45,161 bases of DNA, taken from assembly GCF_006345805.1 (NCBI RefSeq), contig NW_021834905.1, forward strand, positions 1 through 45,161, read 5' to 3'. The translations under genes and the position numbers were made by a program. Shown piece by piece: positions 23,351-35,790 of the stretch; position 1 is the stretch's first letter, and every line of letters starts with the position of its first letter. This DNA is from Octopus sinensis. Its lineage: Eukaryota. Below the pieces are notes generated by a model. The model made no database searches. It had not been told where the DNA came from and saw nothing but the letters and a program-made list of their open reading frames with translations.

Positions 23351-23632
23351 TATCATATATATATATACATACATACATACATACATACATACTACACATA
23401 CATACATACATACATACTACATCTGTTTGTTGTTTACACACCCGTCTTCGTCTTTTGTTTATTTCATAAACTCTTCCTATATATATATATACACACACAT
23501 ATATACAAATATATATAAATATATATTGATAGAAATGGTAAGACAACAAAAGAAGGAAAGAGACCTCGATATTATGCAAATAGATGAATTTATCTGTAAA
23601 TATAATATCTGACAATTATTCGGTAGCCATGG

Positions 23633-23689
23633 TAAAACTCCGAGTTTCGGTTGTCGGGGCGGAAACCCACGCCGGCACCTCTTCCGTTA
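23633..23689 (-). ncRNA. Hammerhead-like motif (U4G variant) in a short TA-flanked element
   Basis: Minus: TAA-CGGAAGA-GGTGCCGG...CCGACAACC-GAAA-CTCGGAG-TT-TTA. GC-rich stem II, near-palindromic stem III, 3 bp stem I. Confidence 0.6.
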
Positions 23690-23789
23690 TTGCTTTGCAA
23701 CTGCAACTCTCTCCAGTCAGGATTTGACAACAGTCTGACGCAGATTCACATAACCGCCTGAACTGAGTCCAAAGCTGTGGGTAGCAGCT

Positions 23790-23976
23790 CTTCGGAGACA
23801 CTCCCGAAGATAACCACAGTTTGGAGGAACTTGGTTTCCATGATGTCCGTCAAGTTTTACAGCCTTTACACTGTTCACAGACCAGCAGTCGTGATGTCGG
23901 CATTTTCACACCCGGCGCGACTCCTCATGATATAGGTAATTCTTTTCCACTATTCAAATGGCTTCCAGTCCTTCAT
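23790..23976 (-). pseudogene. Internally deleted Tc1/mariner transposase relic
   Basis: MKDWKPFE*WKRITYIMRSRAGCENADI (HTH-like start) joined to METKFLQTVVIFGSVS, which resembles the TKFPxxVMVxGxVS motif. Confidence 0.45.
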
Positions 23977-24306
23977 GTCCACCCCATCTTTCTTAACTAC
24001 AGATTTAACTTTTACGCTCTCCAACAGTGTTGACTGTTTCTGTTTTTATGTTTCCGTTTCTCATTGTGTTCAACGTTTTTTTGATGTCATGTACCCATAT
24101 ATGCATGTATACATACATATATATGCAGGCATGTACATATTTGTATGTATATACGCATATATTTATATATTATTTATATCATTATATGATCGAACGCCAT
24201 GCATCCTTTTCGAAGTAAGTTTTACATACATACATACATACATACCATACATACATACATACATACATACATACATACATACATACATAAATACATACAT
24301 ATATAA

Positions 24307-24368
<62 letters not shown>

Positions 24369-24859
24369 ATAACAAACATACATATATGTATATATATATA
24401 TATATATATCTATATATATACAAACATACATATATGTATATCTATCTATCTATCTATCTATCCATCTGTCTAAATACCCTATAGAGATGCAGAAAATATT
24501 CAATGGTGTGTACCGATGTACGCATGTAAGCAAACGTAAATACTATTACACATACAACTTTGTAATTGATATATTTGTATACTTGTGCGGTTGTACCCAT
24601 GCACACACAATCCTCATGTTTTTATTGAGATTAAAGGTAAGTCCGAATGATTTTTGTCTTTATGACACTATATATAATAATGTCTACTGGAATGTGATGC
24701 TGTGACAGTTATGGCTATCCAAAAGATATTGCTAGCAACATGAGGTAATATAGCTACGGCGAGAATCGATAGACAACAAGCTAATGATTAAAGAAAATAA
24801 AACTTTTATGTGAAGAGAGAACACATTTTGTTATGTGAATAAGTACATTCGTCAGCTAA

Positions 24860-25500
24860 TCGATAGATTGACGGTTCGCTTCAAATCGCCAGTGTAGTGT
24901 TTTATTCCCGATCAAGAAACTTAGCTGTCAACAACCTGGTCTACCACATACCACAGATTGCTATAGACCGGCTCATCCAGCTGCCGGTAGGTGACACAAC
25001 GTGTTACAGTCGGGTTCATCAAGCTGTTCGTAGATACATCATGATGCTATAGCGTGGAATGCGCGCCGTTTCGGGGCCTACCTCTCGATGGCATCAATGA
25101 TATGAGGCCCCACTTGCTAGATCAACTGCTTATTAAACACAGCTCAATATTCTTCTAGCCATCGCTCATCGTCTCTTTTTAACCAAATCCAGTGGCTAGC
25201 CTTCTCCACTGTAGTTTGGACATCGGTCATGGTGGTATTTACTTTACGATGAGTTAGGCCTAACGATAACAACAGTCGTGTCACAACAAACCCTCTACAC
25301 CCGACTTCGAGGAGGTTTACATAACGGTCAATCTTTCGAGCCCTAGCGGCATTCATGTTATCTTCATGAGGAACCGTTAACTCGACTAGATTCAAAACTT
25401 TCTTTCCAAAATGTCCGCCTTTTTCGTAATTTGGATGGGAAAGAGTCCCTGGCATCCTGGTAAATCTGCAGTCACCTCCCAATACGTCCAGACGTCAATG
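24860..25500 (-). mobile_element. 3' end of a HERO-clade non-LTR retrotransposon (restriction-like endonuclease domain plus 3' UTR)
   Basis: WEVTADL...FPIQITKKADI, frameshift, then LVELTVPHEDNMNAARARKIDRY...EVGCRGF...VEKASHWIWLKR, with the stop at 25144-25146. ELTVP, RK..(K/R)Y, EVGCRGF and AS.W.W.KR are hallmark HERO motifs. The UTR boundary is approximate. Confidence 0.85.
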
Positions 25501-27494
25501 AACTGCTAAATGCCCAGTCCATTTCTGTAGCACAGAGAAATATAGAGTGGTAGACCTAACACACCACCCGGTGTGACACCACTACCTGATTTCTTGCATG
25601 TTTTTATCAGAGTTCACTGTGTTGTACACATCTGAACCAAATATTCGCTTCCTTCTATGCCTCTGCTTTCACCACATCATTCTCGACCGCAAAAGCCATG
25701 GTCACTACCCAGCCTTCTCTGATTGACTTCTGAAAGAAAAAAAAAATGAAAAGCAAGAAATAATTAACCACAGAGTACTGATGGCTCAAACGCTCAACGA
25801 TGTCAGTCTAACTATGAAGTATATTCCGCAGCCATGTTTCAATGAGACAAGAGGCTTCATTGTCGTCTGTGCAGTACTGTCATTTCCCTACAGGTATCAC
25901 TGTTTAAGACCGTTTCAGTTAACCTCCTTAAAATACTAGAATCTTTTTGAAATAACAAGTGATTTCTTGTCAGTTGGAATCTGGATTTCTGTTTAATATA
26001 GATTGATTTCTCCTCTGCTCAATGCTCCTGAAATAGAGAGATAAATCTTGTCTGAATCTCTGAGGTTTGAATAAGAATTCATTTACACAACAAAATAGAT
26101 GAAACAACTTTTTTCTATCACTGGAAAATTTTCTTATCATTGACCTGTTGGCCCAACACTGAGCTAAGGATAACCAACAAGAATCATTCTGATAATGAGT
26201 AGTACAATCAACTGGGAGTGTGGAAGACTTCTGTAATATTAATCTTCAACTTTTATGTAGGAAAGTGAAACCGTTAATGACGGAACTCATCTACCACCAC
26301 CACCACCGCCACCGACACCACCACTGCCGCTGCCACCGACGTCACCGCCGCCGCCGTAACCAGTGCCGCTGTCAACAGCTTCTGTTAAAGGTACCCAAGT
26401 TCTAGATTTCGGCAATAAACCGAGTACCATATAACATTTACTATTGAACTGTATATAAACACGCCGTCTGTTATAACTGGAGAGACGGGATCGCTTTCCA
26501 AGGCCACGATGGAATAGTGACGATAACGGTAGAAATAATTGCCAATCTTTTGACCTATCGCCCCTCGTCAATCTTGAATCGCACACACACACACACACAC
26601 ACAACACGTACTCACAAAGTAACAATACACGTTATTTATACATATACATTCGTTGTTTATCTGGATGTATAACAGATGGTTATGAAGATGTCGGTGCAGT
26701 ATAGAAAAAAACCCCAGAAAATACAAAGCGTAAGTGGAAATCTAGCAACAACTTTAAAAATAACCAAATAATCCAACACCAACAATAAAAAACCGGCCAC
26801 TCCCTTCATCAGTCAAATTGTCACGCTGTCTTTAAATTGGTTGTGTGTAATATTAGAATGTTAAAAATATATATCTGAGAATCTCTAATTTGGAAAAGAA
26901 CAGTAAAAAAAAAAATAGCTATGACTATAACCTGGAACATTTCTCAATGTCAGAAAGCCAAAAGTATATTCGAGATTTACTGGAGTTAGTGATGACAATC
27001 TTAGAAATGTATTGAAGTATCCAAAATGGTCGCTGCTAAAAAAATTCTTGCTGTATTTTCAACATTTTCGTCAAGAATCAAAAGTGTTTTTACCCCCGTG
27101 TACTTTTGTTCATTGCACGTGATTGGCGTGGTGATTGCGACTTAAGGGGAAGGAATTGCTTCAGCTGTATGTTGAGGAATTTATATTAAAGAGTGAAGAG
27201 CATACATATATTTCTATACATTTCTTTTATTTTTATTCTTCATTTCCATTAGATAAAGTTCTTAAAGTTACTGGTAGTCGCTAATAACACAATTTCGTCC
27301 TCCTTTTGAACTCGTTGACGAGACATAACTCGGGATTTGAAATTAATTGAGTTAAATCCAATAAAGTAAAATGATTTACTGCTTTCTTTATTTTTTTCTT
27401 CTAACAGCAGACAAAAGAGAGAAAAGCATCTAACATACTGGAAAAACATTCATTATTTATTTCTGTTATATCGTGACTGTGAGCAAGAGTAGCA

Positions 27495-27897
27495 ACCAAG
27501 TTGTTTAGTTAAGCAGTTCGCGTTGCAATCGTGTGGTTTCGGGTTCAGTAACACTGCGCAATACCTTGGCCTGTTGTCTTCCACTACAGTCCTGAACCGA
27601 GCAATGCTTTGTGAGCGAACTTTATAGATGGAAACTGTATGGAAGCTCGTCATGTATATGCATGTTATATGTGTGTGTGTCTTCGTATTTGTGTTTTTCT
27701 CCCACCGATTGACAACCGGTGCTGGTTTGTTTATATCCCCGGATGTATAACAGATGGTTATGATGATGTCGGTGCAGTAGAGCAAGATGAAAAGTAAAGT
27801 CGACCTCGGTGGAATTTGAACTCAGAACGTAAAGACAGACGAAATGCTGCTAAGCATCTTGCCCAGTGTGCCAACGATTCTGCCAGATCGCCGCCTT
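27495..27897. mobile_element. Decayed S3 SINE (+, 27495-27740) facing an S1 head (-, 27785-27897)
   Basis: Shared family motifs GGGTTCAGT, GGAAACTG, TGACAACCGGTGCTGG and AAAGTCGACCTCGGTGGAATTTGAACTCAG. Confidence 0.75.
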
Positions 27898-28018
27898 ATT
27901 GGTGGTATTGATACTGTCGATGGTATAGGTGATGGTGGTGACACTTTTACTATTGATAGCAGTACTGTTGATAGTGGGGCCATTAGGAGTGGTAGTCGTG
28001 GTGGTGTCGGTGTTGGAG

Positions 28019-28071
<53 letters not shown>

Positions 28072-28490
28072 GGTTGTAATGGTATTGTTCAGTCTCGTAG
28101 ACCAGAAGTAATGTTGACTTAACTATATTTGGCTTACCCGCTGACAGTATGTAGATCTATAAGAATAAGGCAATGTAAGAATTCGAAATTCCTCGCAGGA
28201 AATGTTGGAATCGCCGAAATTGATCGAAGATAAAACGGGAGGAATCAAGAAATAAGTTTTATGACAATTCTACGCCAAATCCACAGCATACCATTGTCAC
28301 TCTTCCCAGTTCCTCTCGCTTCGAACCGTGTGGCATCGTAAAAATAATACGACCGTTATTCATGTGTTTGTATATATGTATACATACATATACAGATGAA
28401 AATGTGAGTGCCCGAGCGCATATGTGTACGTATGTATATATGTAATATAAAACATACATACATATATATGTGTATATATATACATGCATA

Positions 28491-28538
<48 letters not shown>

Positions 28539-28543
28539 TTTAT

Positions 28544-28574
<31 letters not shown>

Positions 28575-28828
28575 TATCACACACTCATGATGTGGTATAA
28601 AAATTGTACGTCAAATATATAGGTGCGTGTGCTTAGCTAAATTCAAGATATTAAGGTATATCAACCCTAATTCCCGTCCTTAATTTTATGGAGATTTTCT
28701 TATTGACTTGCAACCGAAAGGAAAAGGAAGACGTGCGTAAAGTTTGGAGTGTCGGGTGAGAGTGTGTGGTGGAGGGTCGTTACGTATTAGTGTGGTATTT
28801 GTTAGTCTATAATACAGAAGCTGCTGTG

Positions 28829-29142
28829 AAGGCGAGTGGCTTAGTGGTTAGCGTACTCGGTTCACGATCGTAAGGTCGGGAGTTCAATTCCCGGCGACAC
28901 GTTGTGTCCTTGAGCAAGACACTTTATTTCACGTTGCTCCAGTCCACTCAGCTGGCAAAAATGAGTAGTACCTGTGTTTCAAAGGGTCAGCCTTGTCACA
29001 CTCTGTGTCACGCTGAATCTCCCCGAGAACAGCATTAAGGGTACATGTGTCTGTGGGGTACTCAGCCACTTGCACGTTAGTTTCACGAGCAAGTTTTTTC
29101 CGCTGATCGTATCAGTTGGGACCCTCACCGTCGTAACCGACA
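28829..29142 (+). mobile_element. tRNA-derived SINE (S2-type head, different 3' body)
   Basis: TGGCTTAGTGGTTAG A-box, GAGTTCAATTCCC B-box, TGTGTCCTTGAGCAAGACACTTTATTTCACGTTGCTCCAG. The 3' body recurs reversed at 41294-41462. Confidence 0.85.
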
Positions 29143-29404
29143 GAGATACAAAATTTTGTATCTTTTCATTTGTATTGCTCACTTTACGTTCTGGTGTTTG
29201 CCGAAATTTCTTAAGAAGAATTTTTCTTAGTGGTCAGACCATATGAGGTCTTTCTCTAGCATATTAGGAATCCACCTAGTGATCAATCCCACTTATTTGT
29301 ATGTAATATAATTTTTCTGAATCTTCGGATATTTTAAATATGCTAGGCCACTGGTTTAAATTGATATTAATTTAATTAATATTAATTTCTGCCCTCATTA
29401 TTTA

Positions 29405-29439
<35 letters not shown>

Positions 29440-29849
29440 GCCTCCCCAATATTCTGAATAAGCAAAACTGCTATATATCTCCCGTCACCTTCTATGTACG
29501 TTTTCTTGTTACTCCACAGTAAATATGACTTGGAAAGCTGGAGGACAAATAGAGAGCCAAACTTGTCTGACAGCCTTATGATGTGGGCAAGTCAAGGGAA
29601 ACTCTCTAATGTTTAACGGATACATTAGGAGAGCACTCGACTCTGCGGATGGATGTAGCAGCCAAATCTCCCTCTAATTTCATTCTACCGTCATAAATAA
29701 AAGAGAATGGCGTGGCGAATGTAGTACCAGATGTATATCAGGCGTGGTGGTTAAGATTGGAATGCATATGGTAATAGGTCTAATTATTTAAGGCTAACCT
29801 CAGGCTAATAATAACTGTTCCTAATTTTGATACAATTTAAGGTTAAATT

Positions 29850-29895
<46 letters not shown>

Positions 29896-30931
29896 CACAA
29901 GAACACCATGAGCTACACAGAGTGAATGAAATTCTCCGGTTTCGTAGAAATATTTTCGAAAACTGGTTTGTTACATGTAGATTCGCGGCGAATGCACAAA
30001 CAGTGTATCGCAGCATGGAATATCGTCAAAGTTTGTAAAGGAAATCCCATCAAATAGTGTGAATGTTATAATTTCCCCTCTGTTGAGTAATTCTTTGAGA
30101 GAACTATGGAATGTAAACAAACAGAACAACCGCCATGCCGTTTGGTAAACGAAGTACGGGAATCAGGCATTTTAGCAAAACTTCTCTCGTAGGACGTTAT
30201 AACATCATCACTGACATTCGACGGCAAGTAATTGAAAAACGGTAAAGAGAGAAGTCACCTGGGAGAAATCTGATAGGGGGATACTGGCAGAGAAAATTAT
30301 ATTGTACGAGAGAGAAACAAAACAGAAGGGAAGGACCTCGTTGGCCTGTTCTGAAGAACAATGTATGGTAACCTTGACACACTGGCAAACAGTTTCACTC
30401 ATTACACTACTTGCGAAAGGATGTAACAATCCATCTGCCAGTGCACTTTATTACAGGCTGCAAATGTTTCTCCCAAAATATATGCCAAAAATAAACAGAG
30501 CAATAACTGGCGTGTAAGCAGCAGACGGAGTGTAGCAAGTGTGAGAAGGTGCCAGAGGTATTTCCGTTAGCAAAGAACGAGCCATCAGCAATGTTTTTAT
30601 ATGTGGTCATTTGATTTGATAGAAATAGCAGCAAAGTATCGCCCTAACCACACCTTACGAGGTTCAAAAAAGTTACGATTCATTATAGATAATGAAGTCA
30701 TAAATGTTGACAAAAAAAAAAAAGAAAAAAGGAAAAAGGAATCGTAACGGACGGAATGCCTTCTGGATCATAGTTACGTCGGGTCAGGGGTGAACACAGG
30801 CTAATCACCACCACCATCACCACCACCACCACCACCATCACCACCACCACCACCACCATTGCCGCCACCGCCGCCGCCGCACCTGCCACAAACAGCAATA
30901 TCGTAAAAATTGCTTTTGAATTTGCAATATT

Positions 30932-31328
30932 CTTTTCTACTCTAGGCACAAGGCCCGAAATTTTTTGGGATGGGAGCCAGTCGATTAGTTCGACCCCAGT
31001 ACGCAACTGGCACTTAATTTATCGACCCCGAAAGGATGAAAGGCAAAGTCGACCTCGGCGGAATTTGAACTCAGGACGTAGCAGCAGACAAAATACCTAT
31101 TTCTTTACTGCCCACAAGGGGCTAAACACAGAGGGGACAAACAAGGACAGACAGACGGATTAAGTCGATTATGTCGACCGCAGTACGTAACTGGTACTTA
31201 ATTTATCGACCCCGAAATGATGAAAGGCAAAGTCGACCTCGGCGGAATTTGAACTCAGATCGTAACGGCAGACGAAATGCGGCTACGCATTTCGCCCGGC
31301 GTGCTAACGTTTCTGCCAGCTCGCCGCC
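30932..31328 (-). mobile_element. Dimeric S1 SINE within a single TSD pair
   Basis: Two tandem ACCCCGAAA.GATGAAAGGCAAAGTCGACCTCGGCGGAATTTGAACTCAG cores; flanks TTTGAA(T/G)TTGCAATATT at 30915-30931 and 31329-31345. Confidence 0.9.
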
Positions 31329-32265
31329 TTTGAAGTTGCAATATTAGAGGAAAACAATACAGCAGGGAACTTCTATGTAGCTGCTATTATTGCTAAAACA
31401 ACTGCCATATCTTTCTAAAACCACTGAAAAAAATAACATTTAAAAAGAAAAGAATTCATTGGCTAATACGACCCCAAGATACACTATGCCTAAAAAACAG
31501 ACAATCCAGCCATGACTGCCGTTGCTTGATTACCTTTACTCGCATGGCTGTTCACTCACTGATAACTTTGTTCCTAAATAATAACGGAAGGAAGTTTGAG
31601 ATAAGTGTACTTCATTGATAAATGCTAGCACAGTTGTAGATTGCCATGGTCTGTTCTGTTATAATCAATCACACGAATCAGGTAGATTAACCAATGACTA
31701 ATAAGCACTGTTATTAATGACATAAGCAAGCAGGGGTCCTTAACAAAGAAACCTGACCGTCTGAACAATGCGAGGATCATTGAGAAAGTGCTGTGGTTAC
31801 ATACCTGCGTCAGTATTAACGGGGAGGAAAACTAAAAACACAAACAATTTTGTCGATGATCCTGAAGCTGCTTTCAAGCAAATGTATAGCTGACTCAGGA
31901 AACCAATTTCAAAAAGCTTTAAAATAACACGCCTATAATTTCAGAGATCACAGGGTTTTTTTAAATACCCGTTTTATTATAGTAAACAGTCCCATACCAT
32001 TCTGGTATGGGACTATCGTCACGTGGACTTAAATGAAGAAATCTCGATTTAAATGTCCTACTCAAAAGACACAATAGAACGCCCGAATTAGAAATGTAAG
32101 CAAAGAGATTTGAACATACAATCTCTGTGTTTATAATCCAACAGCCTATCCAATCGGTTTTGGAATGCAATTGAATCAGGATAAATATTTGTTTGAGGTG
32201 AGCATAGGGTAATTTGTAGGTAACTAAAACACGAACATTGATATCTGTATATATGACGATTTATG

Positions 32266-32490
32266 AAGGCGGCGAGTTGGCAGAAACGTTAGCACGCTGG
32301 GCGAAATGCTTAGCCGTATTTCGTCTGCCGTTACGTTCTGAGTTCTAATTCCGCTGAGGTCGACTTTGCCTTTCATCCTCTCGGGGTCGATAAATTAAGT
32401 ACCAGTTACGCACTGGTAATCGACTTAATCCGTCTGTCTGTCCGTGTTTGTTCCCTCTGTGTTTAGCCCCTTGTGGACAATAAGGAAATA
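32266..32490 (+). mobile_element. SINE family S1, full length, with ~15 bp TSD
   Basis: TATATGA(C/G)GATTTAT at 32250-32264 and 32493-32507. Confidence 0.9.
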
Positions 32491-32499
32491 TATATATGA

Positions 32500-33025
32500 G
32501 GATTTATCTCAGGACAGGTGATTTATACCAAAATTTGAGCACCTTTTCTGTCAGAAACAACAACCAAACCTCCCCAAAATTTACATTCTGCCATCTTAGA
32601 AAAAAGAAAGGAGGCATTAGCTTATGTAATTTGTGACGCGACTTGCAAACCGATGACATGGTCAAAGCTGGAACGTCGTTGATTAAGGGTCTGCTTAACT
32701 GTTCTTTCAGGGTTAACCTGAGGCGAGACAAAACCCCTCGTTTATTTTGATTCTGTTCGCCGTAGAACTTTCTCCTACTGTTTTAGCTATTCGACTATGG
32801 CCATGCTGGGGCACAGCTTCGTCTACATAATCGCCCCCACCATACTCCGACCAAATGAGAAGCCACTAAGTGGTTATTTGAACTGCTTGAAATAGCGGTT
32901 AAATCTTCTTCAGACAGCATTCCACCGTTCAAATAGATAAGAAAAAAAATGGACGGGATGGTCATCGTCGGAGTGTCTTTTGTTCATAGGTGTTATCTAT
33001 CAGTAAAGTCCTAGGGTTAAATACC
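32500..33025. repeat. Fragments of an old dispersed repeat family
   Basis: Motifs like GAAATAGCAGC/CAAATCTCCCTC, ATGGTCA..GCTGGAA.GCC and ACCTG/GGGCTAAA recur near 5880-6060, 10020-10200, 29650-29810, 30620-30810 and 40710-40860. Confidence 0.5.
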
Positions 33026-33312
33026 ACCACCACCATTACCACTACCACCACAACCACCATTAGCGCCACCACTACTACCACCACTACCACAACTATTACC
33101 ACCACCACCACAACTATTACCACCACTACCACAACTATTACCACCACTACCACAACTATTACCGCCACCACTGCTACCACTACCGCCACCACCACCACCA
33201 CCATCACTGCCAGTACCACCAGCATCAGCACAACCAGCATCAGTATCACCACATCACTACCAACAGCAGCAACCCCAACACCAGCACCACCACTACCACC
33301 ATCACCACCACT
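33023..33312. repeat. (ACC/ACT)n trinucleotide tract with 21 bp higher-order units
   Basis: Direct reading; ACCACAACTATTACCACCACT is repeated. Confidence 0.9.
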
Positions 33313-34087
33313 AATAACCTATGTTATAAAACACAATAGGGACATTTATCTGAAATCCAAACAAGGAAGCAGAGGCGACCCCCATCCCTACCAAAAAAAA
33401 AACAAAAAACAAAAAAATCTTCGTCCTGAGGACTTTGGCGTGCTGGATTATTTCATTTTTAAGTATCAGGAAGAGGAACGAAAAGAATGACATTATGAGT
33501 GTCCCCTGCAGTCAAGGAAGATTATTCTTGTGGAGATGGATGGCTGTGGGTGAGGCGTTTAGCATGGAATGGACTTCTTGGGTAAGAGTTTCGTATCAAT
33601 GTGCGAGAAGATTAATTAAGAGGAAGAGAATCGTTGCCCATCGTCTGCAGCTCAAAGTCAATTCGCTGAGAGGGAACGTTTCCAGGTAACACGATACTTA
33701 TTCACGAGATAGTTGAGCGAAGATAAGATCGTATAAAATGTCCTGCTCAGAATCATGTTGAATGTCCTGAAATGTATTCGGCCTGATTCGTGCGTAGGGA
33801 ACCCCAGCACTTTGTACATGCAGCTATCTTTCTAAAACAATAGAAAAAAAATATATATATAATATGATATGGTTACAAATATTCACAAAAATAGCCAAAA
33901 ATATATCTTAATATAATAAAGGAATTACTATGAAGATACTCTGAGTAAAACCAAAATCAACTGGTGTCACTAAAATATATAGACTCAAGGGACAATTCCG
34001 TTGATATATCGTTAGAAAATCAACGAAACAATTACACAGCTAGTGAGTGGCTATTCTGGAGATTAATCAGTCCATCACCTAAAATTG

Positions 34088-34393
34088 CTGTTTGTTCCTT
34101 CTCGAGCCATACCTTGCTCATAAGGGCCGGTTTCCCGGTTTCCTTGGCATATAGGTTCCCCCACCTGGACGGGACGCCGGTCCGTCGCAGGTGAGCTGCA
34201 AGATGCAGGAGAAAAGAGTAAGAGAAAGTTGTGGCGAAAGAGTCAGCAGAAGTTTCACCATTACCTTCTGCCAGAGCCGCGTGGAGCTTAGGTGTTTCGC
34301 TCATAAACACACACATCGCCCGGTCTGAGATTCGAACCCGCGATCCCTCGACCGCAAGTCCGCTGCTTTAACCACTAGGCCATGTGCCTCCAC
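34088..34393 (-). mobile_element. tRNA-derived SINE family S4, full length
   Basis: Head GTGGAGGCACATGGCCTAGTGGTTAAAGCAGCGGACTTGCGG...GGGTTCGAATCTC, body GCGACGGACCGGCGTCCCGTCCAGG, tail GGAACAAAC. Confidence 0.85.
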
Positions 34394-34646
34394 ATCACCT
34401 ATGTATGTATGTATATATGTATGTACGTTTATTTACAGACACATACATGCATATATATGTATTTTTATATATATATATATAATATATATATATATATATT
34501 ATATATATATATATATATACGTCTCTCCGCTTTCTTTCTCTGTCTCTATATATATGTATAGGAAAAAAAAAAATATATATATATACATACATACATACAT
34601 ACATACATGTACATTCATATATGTTTGCATGCATGTATATATATTG

Positions 34647-34979
34647 AGACCCCCTTCGGTCATGACTGACCGTGAGATTGCACCTAGAAAGTTACCCTCC
34701 TAGACACAAGTCCGGGCAAGGTTGTTTTATGGAAGACCGACAGTCACCCATGCATACCAGCCTCCCCTCTCCACACTAACAGTGTTATCCAAGGGAAAGG
34801 CAAAGAGGCCGATACAGCTTGGCACCTGTGACGCCGCAACTCATTTCTACAGCTGAGTGAACTGGAGCAACGTGGAATAAAGTGTCTTGCTCAAGAACAC
34901 AACACGCAGCCCGGTCCAGGATTCGAACTCATAACTTCACGATCGTAAGCTCGACTCTCTAACCACTGAGCCATGCGCC
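34647..34979 (-). mobile_element. SINE family S2, full length
   Basis: Highly similar to 11225-11553. Confidence 0.92.
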
Positions 34980-35001
34980 TTCATATATATATATATGTGT
35001 G

Positions 35002-35033
<32 letters not shown>

Positions 35034-35624
35034 ACACACCTGTTCTTCTCCATGTGGTACACGTACAAGACACTGTCCTTTCTAAGTTTTTCTCTAATGT
35101 CATTTTGTTTAACATCATTTATGCATACATACATACGTTATCTGTCATGTGAAAATTAAGTTATGAACATACGTTTGCTACTGTAGTAAAAATATGTATT
35201 AATTACATCTGTACTTAATTGCTAATTAAAACGTATTATTGTTATTGGTAACATATTATTGCAATGATGTAAGTTAGAAATTAGTTTCGACCATATTTTA
35301 ATTTGATGAGCATTTCATTTTGATTATTCATTTCGTTGTTTTGTTGACGCATTTAAACGTTTGAAGATTGTAAAAAAATGTCATTATTGTACCTGTCCAA
35401 TGTTACATGGTGATACCCATACTGGCCAAAGTACATACCCAACATTACCCATTCTACGATGGGTAATACAGTAGCTTATTTTATAAATGTACGTCCAACG
35501 GTCGGTAGCTCGACTGTGTAGAAGAGGGTGTAGGCGAGAGTTAGCGGGACGTTGGATGCTGCCGTTGGCCACTTTGAGTATTTCTCTTAAGTATTTCTCT
35601 CGTCGGACAGTTGCGATATATAGC

Positions 35625-35790
35625 CAAAAGTGTGACTGCGTGACAAAGAAATTTGCTCCCAAACCACATGGTTCTCGGTTCAGTCCACCTGCGTGGCAAC
35701 CTGGGCAAGTGCCTTCTACTACAGCTTCAAGTCGACCAAAGCCTGATAAATAGATTTGGTGGACAGAAACTGAAAGAAGCCCGATGTATA
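35625..35790 (+). mobile_element. SINE family S3 5' half
   Basis: ACCACATGGTTCTCGGTTCAGTC...GGGCAAGTGCCTTCTACTA...GAAACTGAAAGAAGCCCG. Confidence 0.75.

Noticed and set aside
25040-25120. HERO 3' UTR stem followed by GAAAC as a hammerhead
   Set aside because: No CUGANGA immediately 5' of the stem; kept only as a structured UTR.
26790-26830. Minus-strand CTGATGAAGGG as a hammerhead
   Set aside because: No GAAA after a stem II and no stem I partner.
32962-33490. Mucin-like poly-Thr ORF (also 37794-38087, 16693-16992 and 27844-28122)
   Set aside because: Trinucleotide repeats that lack stops by composition; no signal peptide, splice context or non-repetitive domain.
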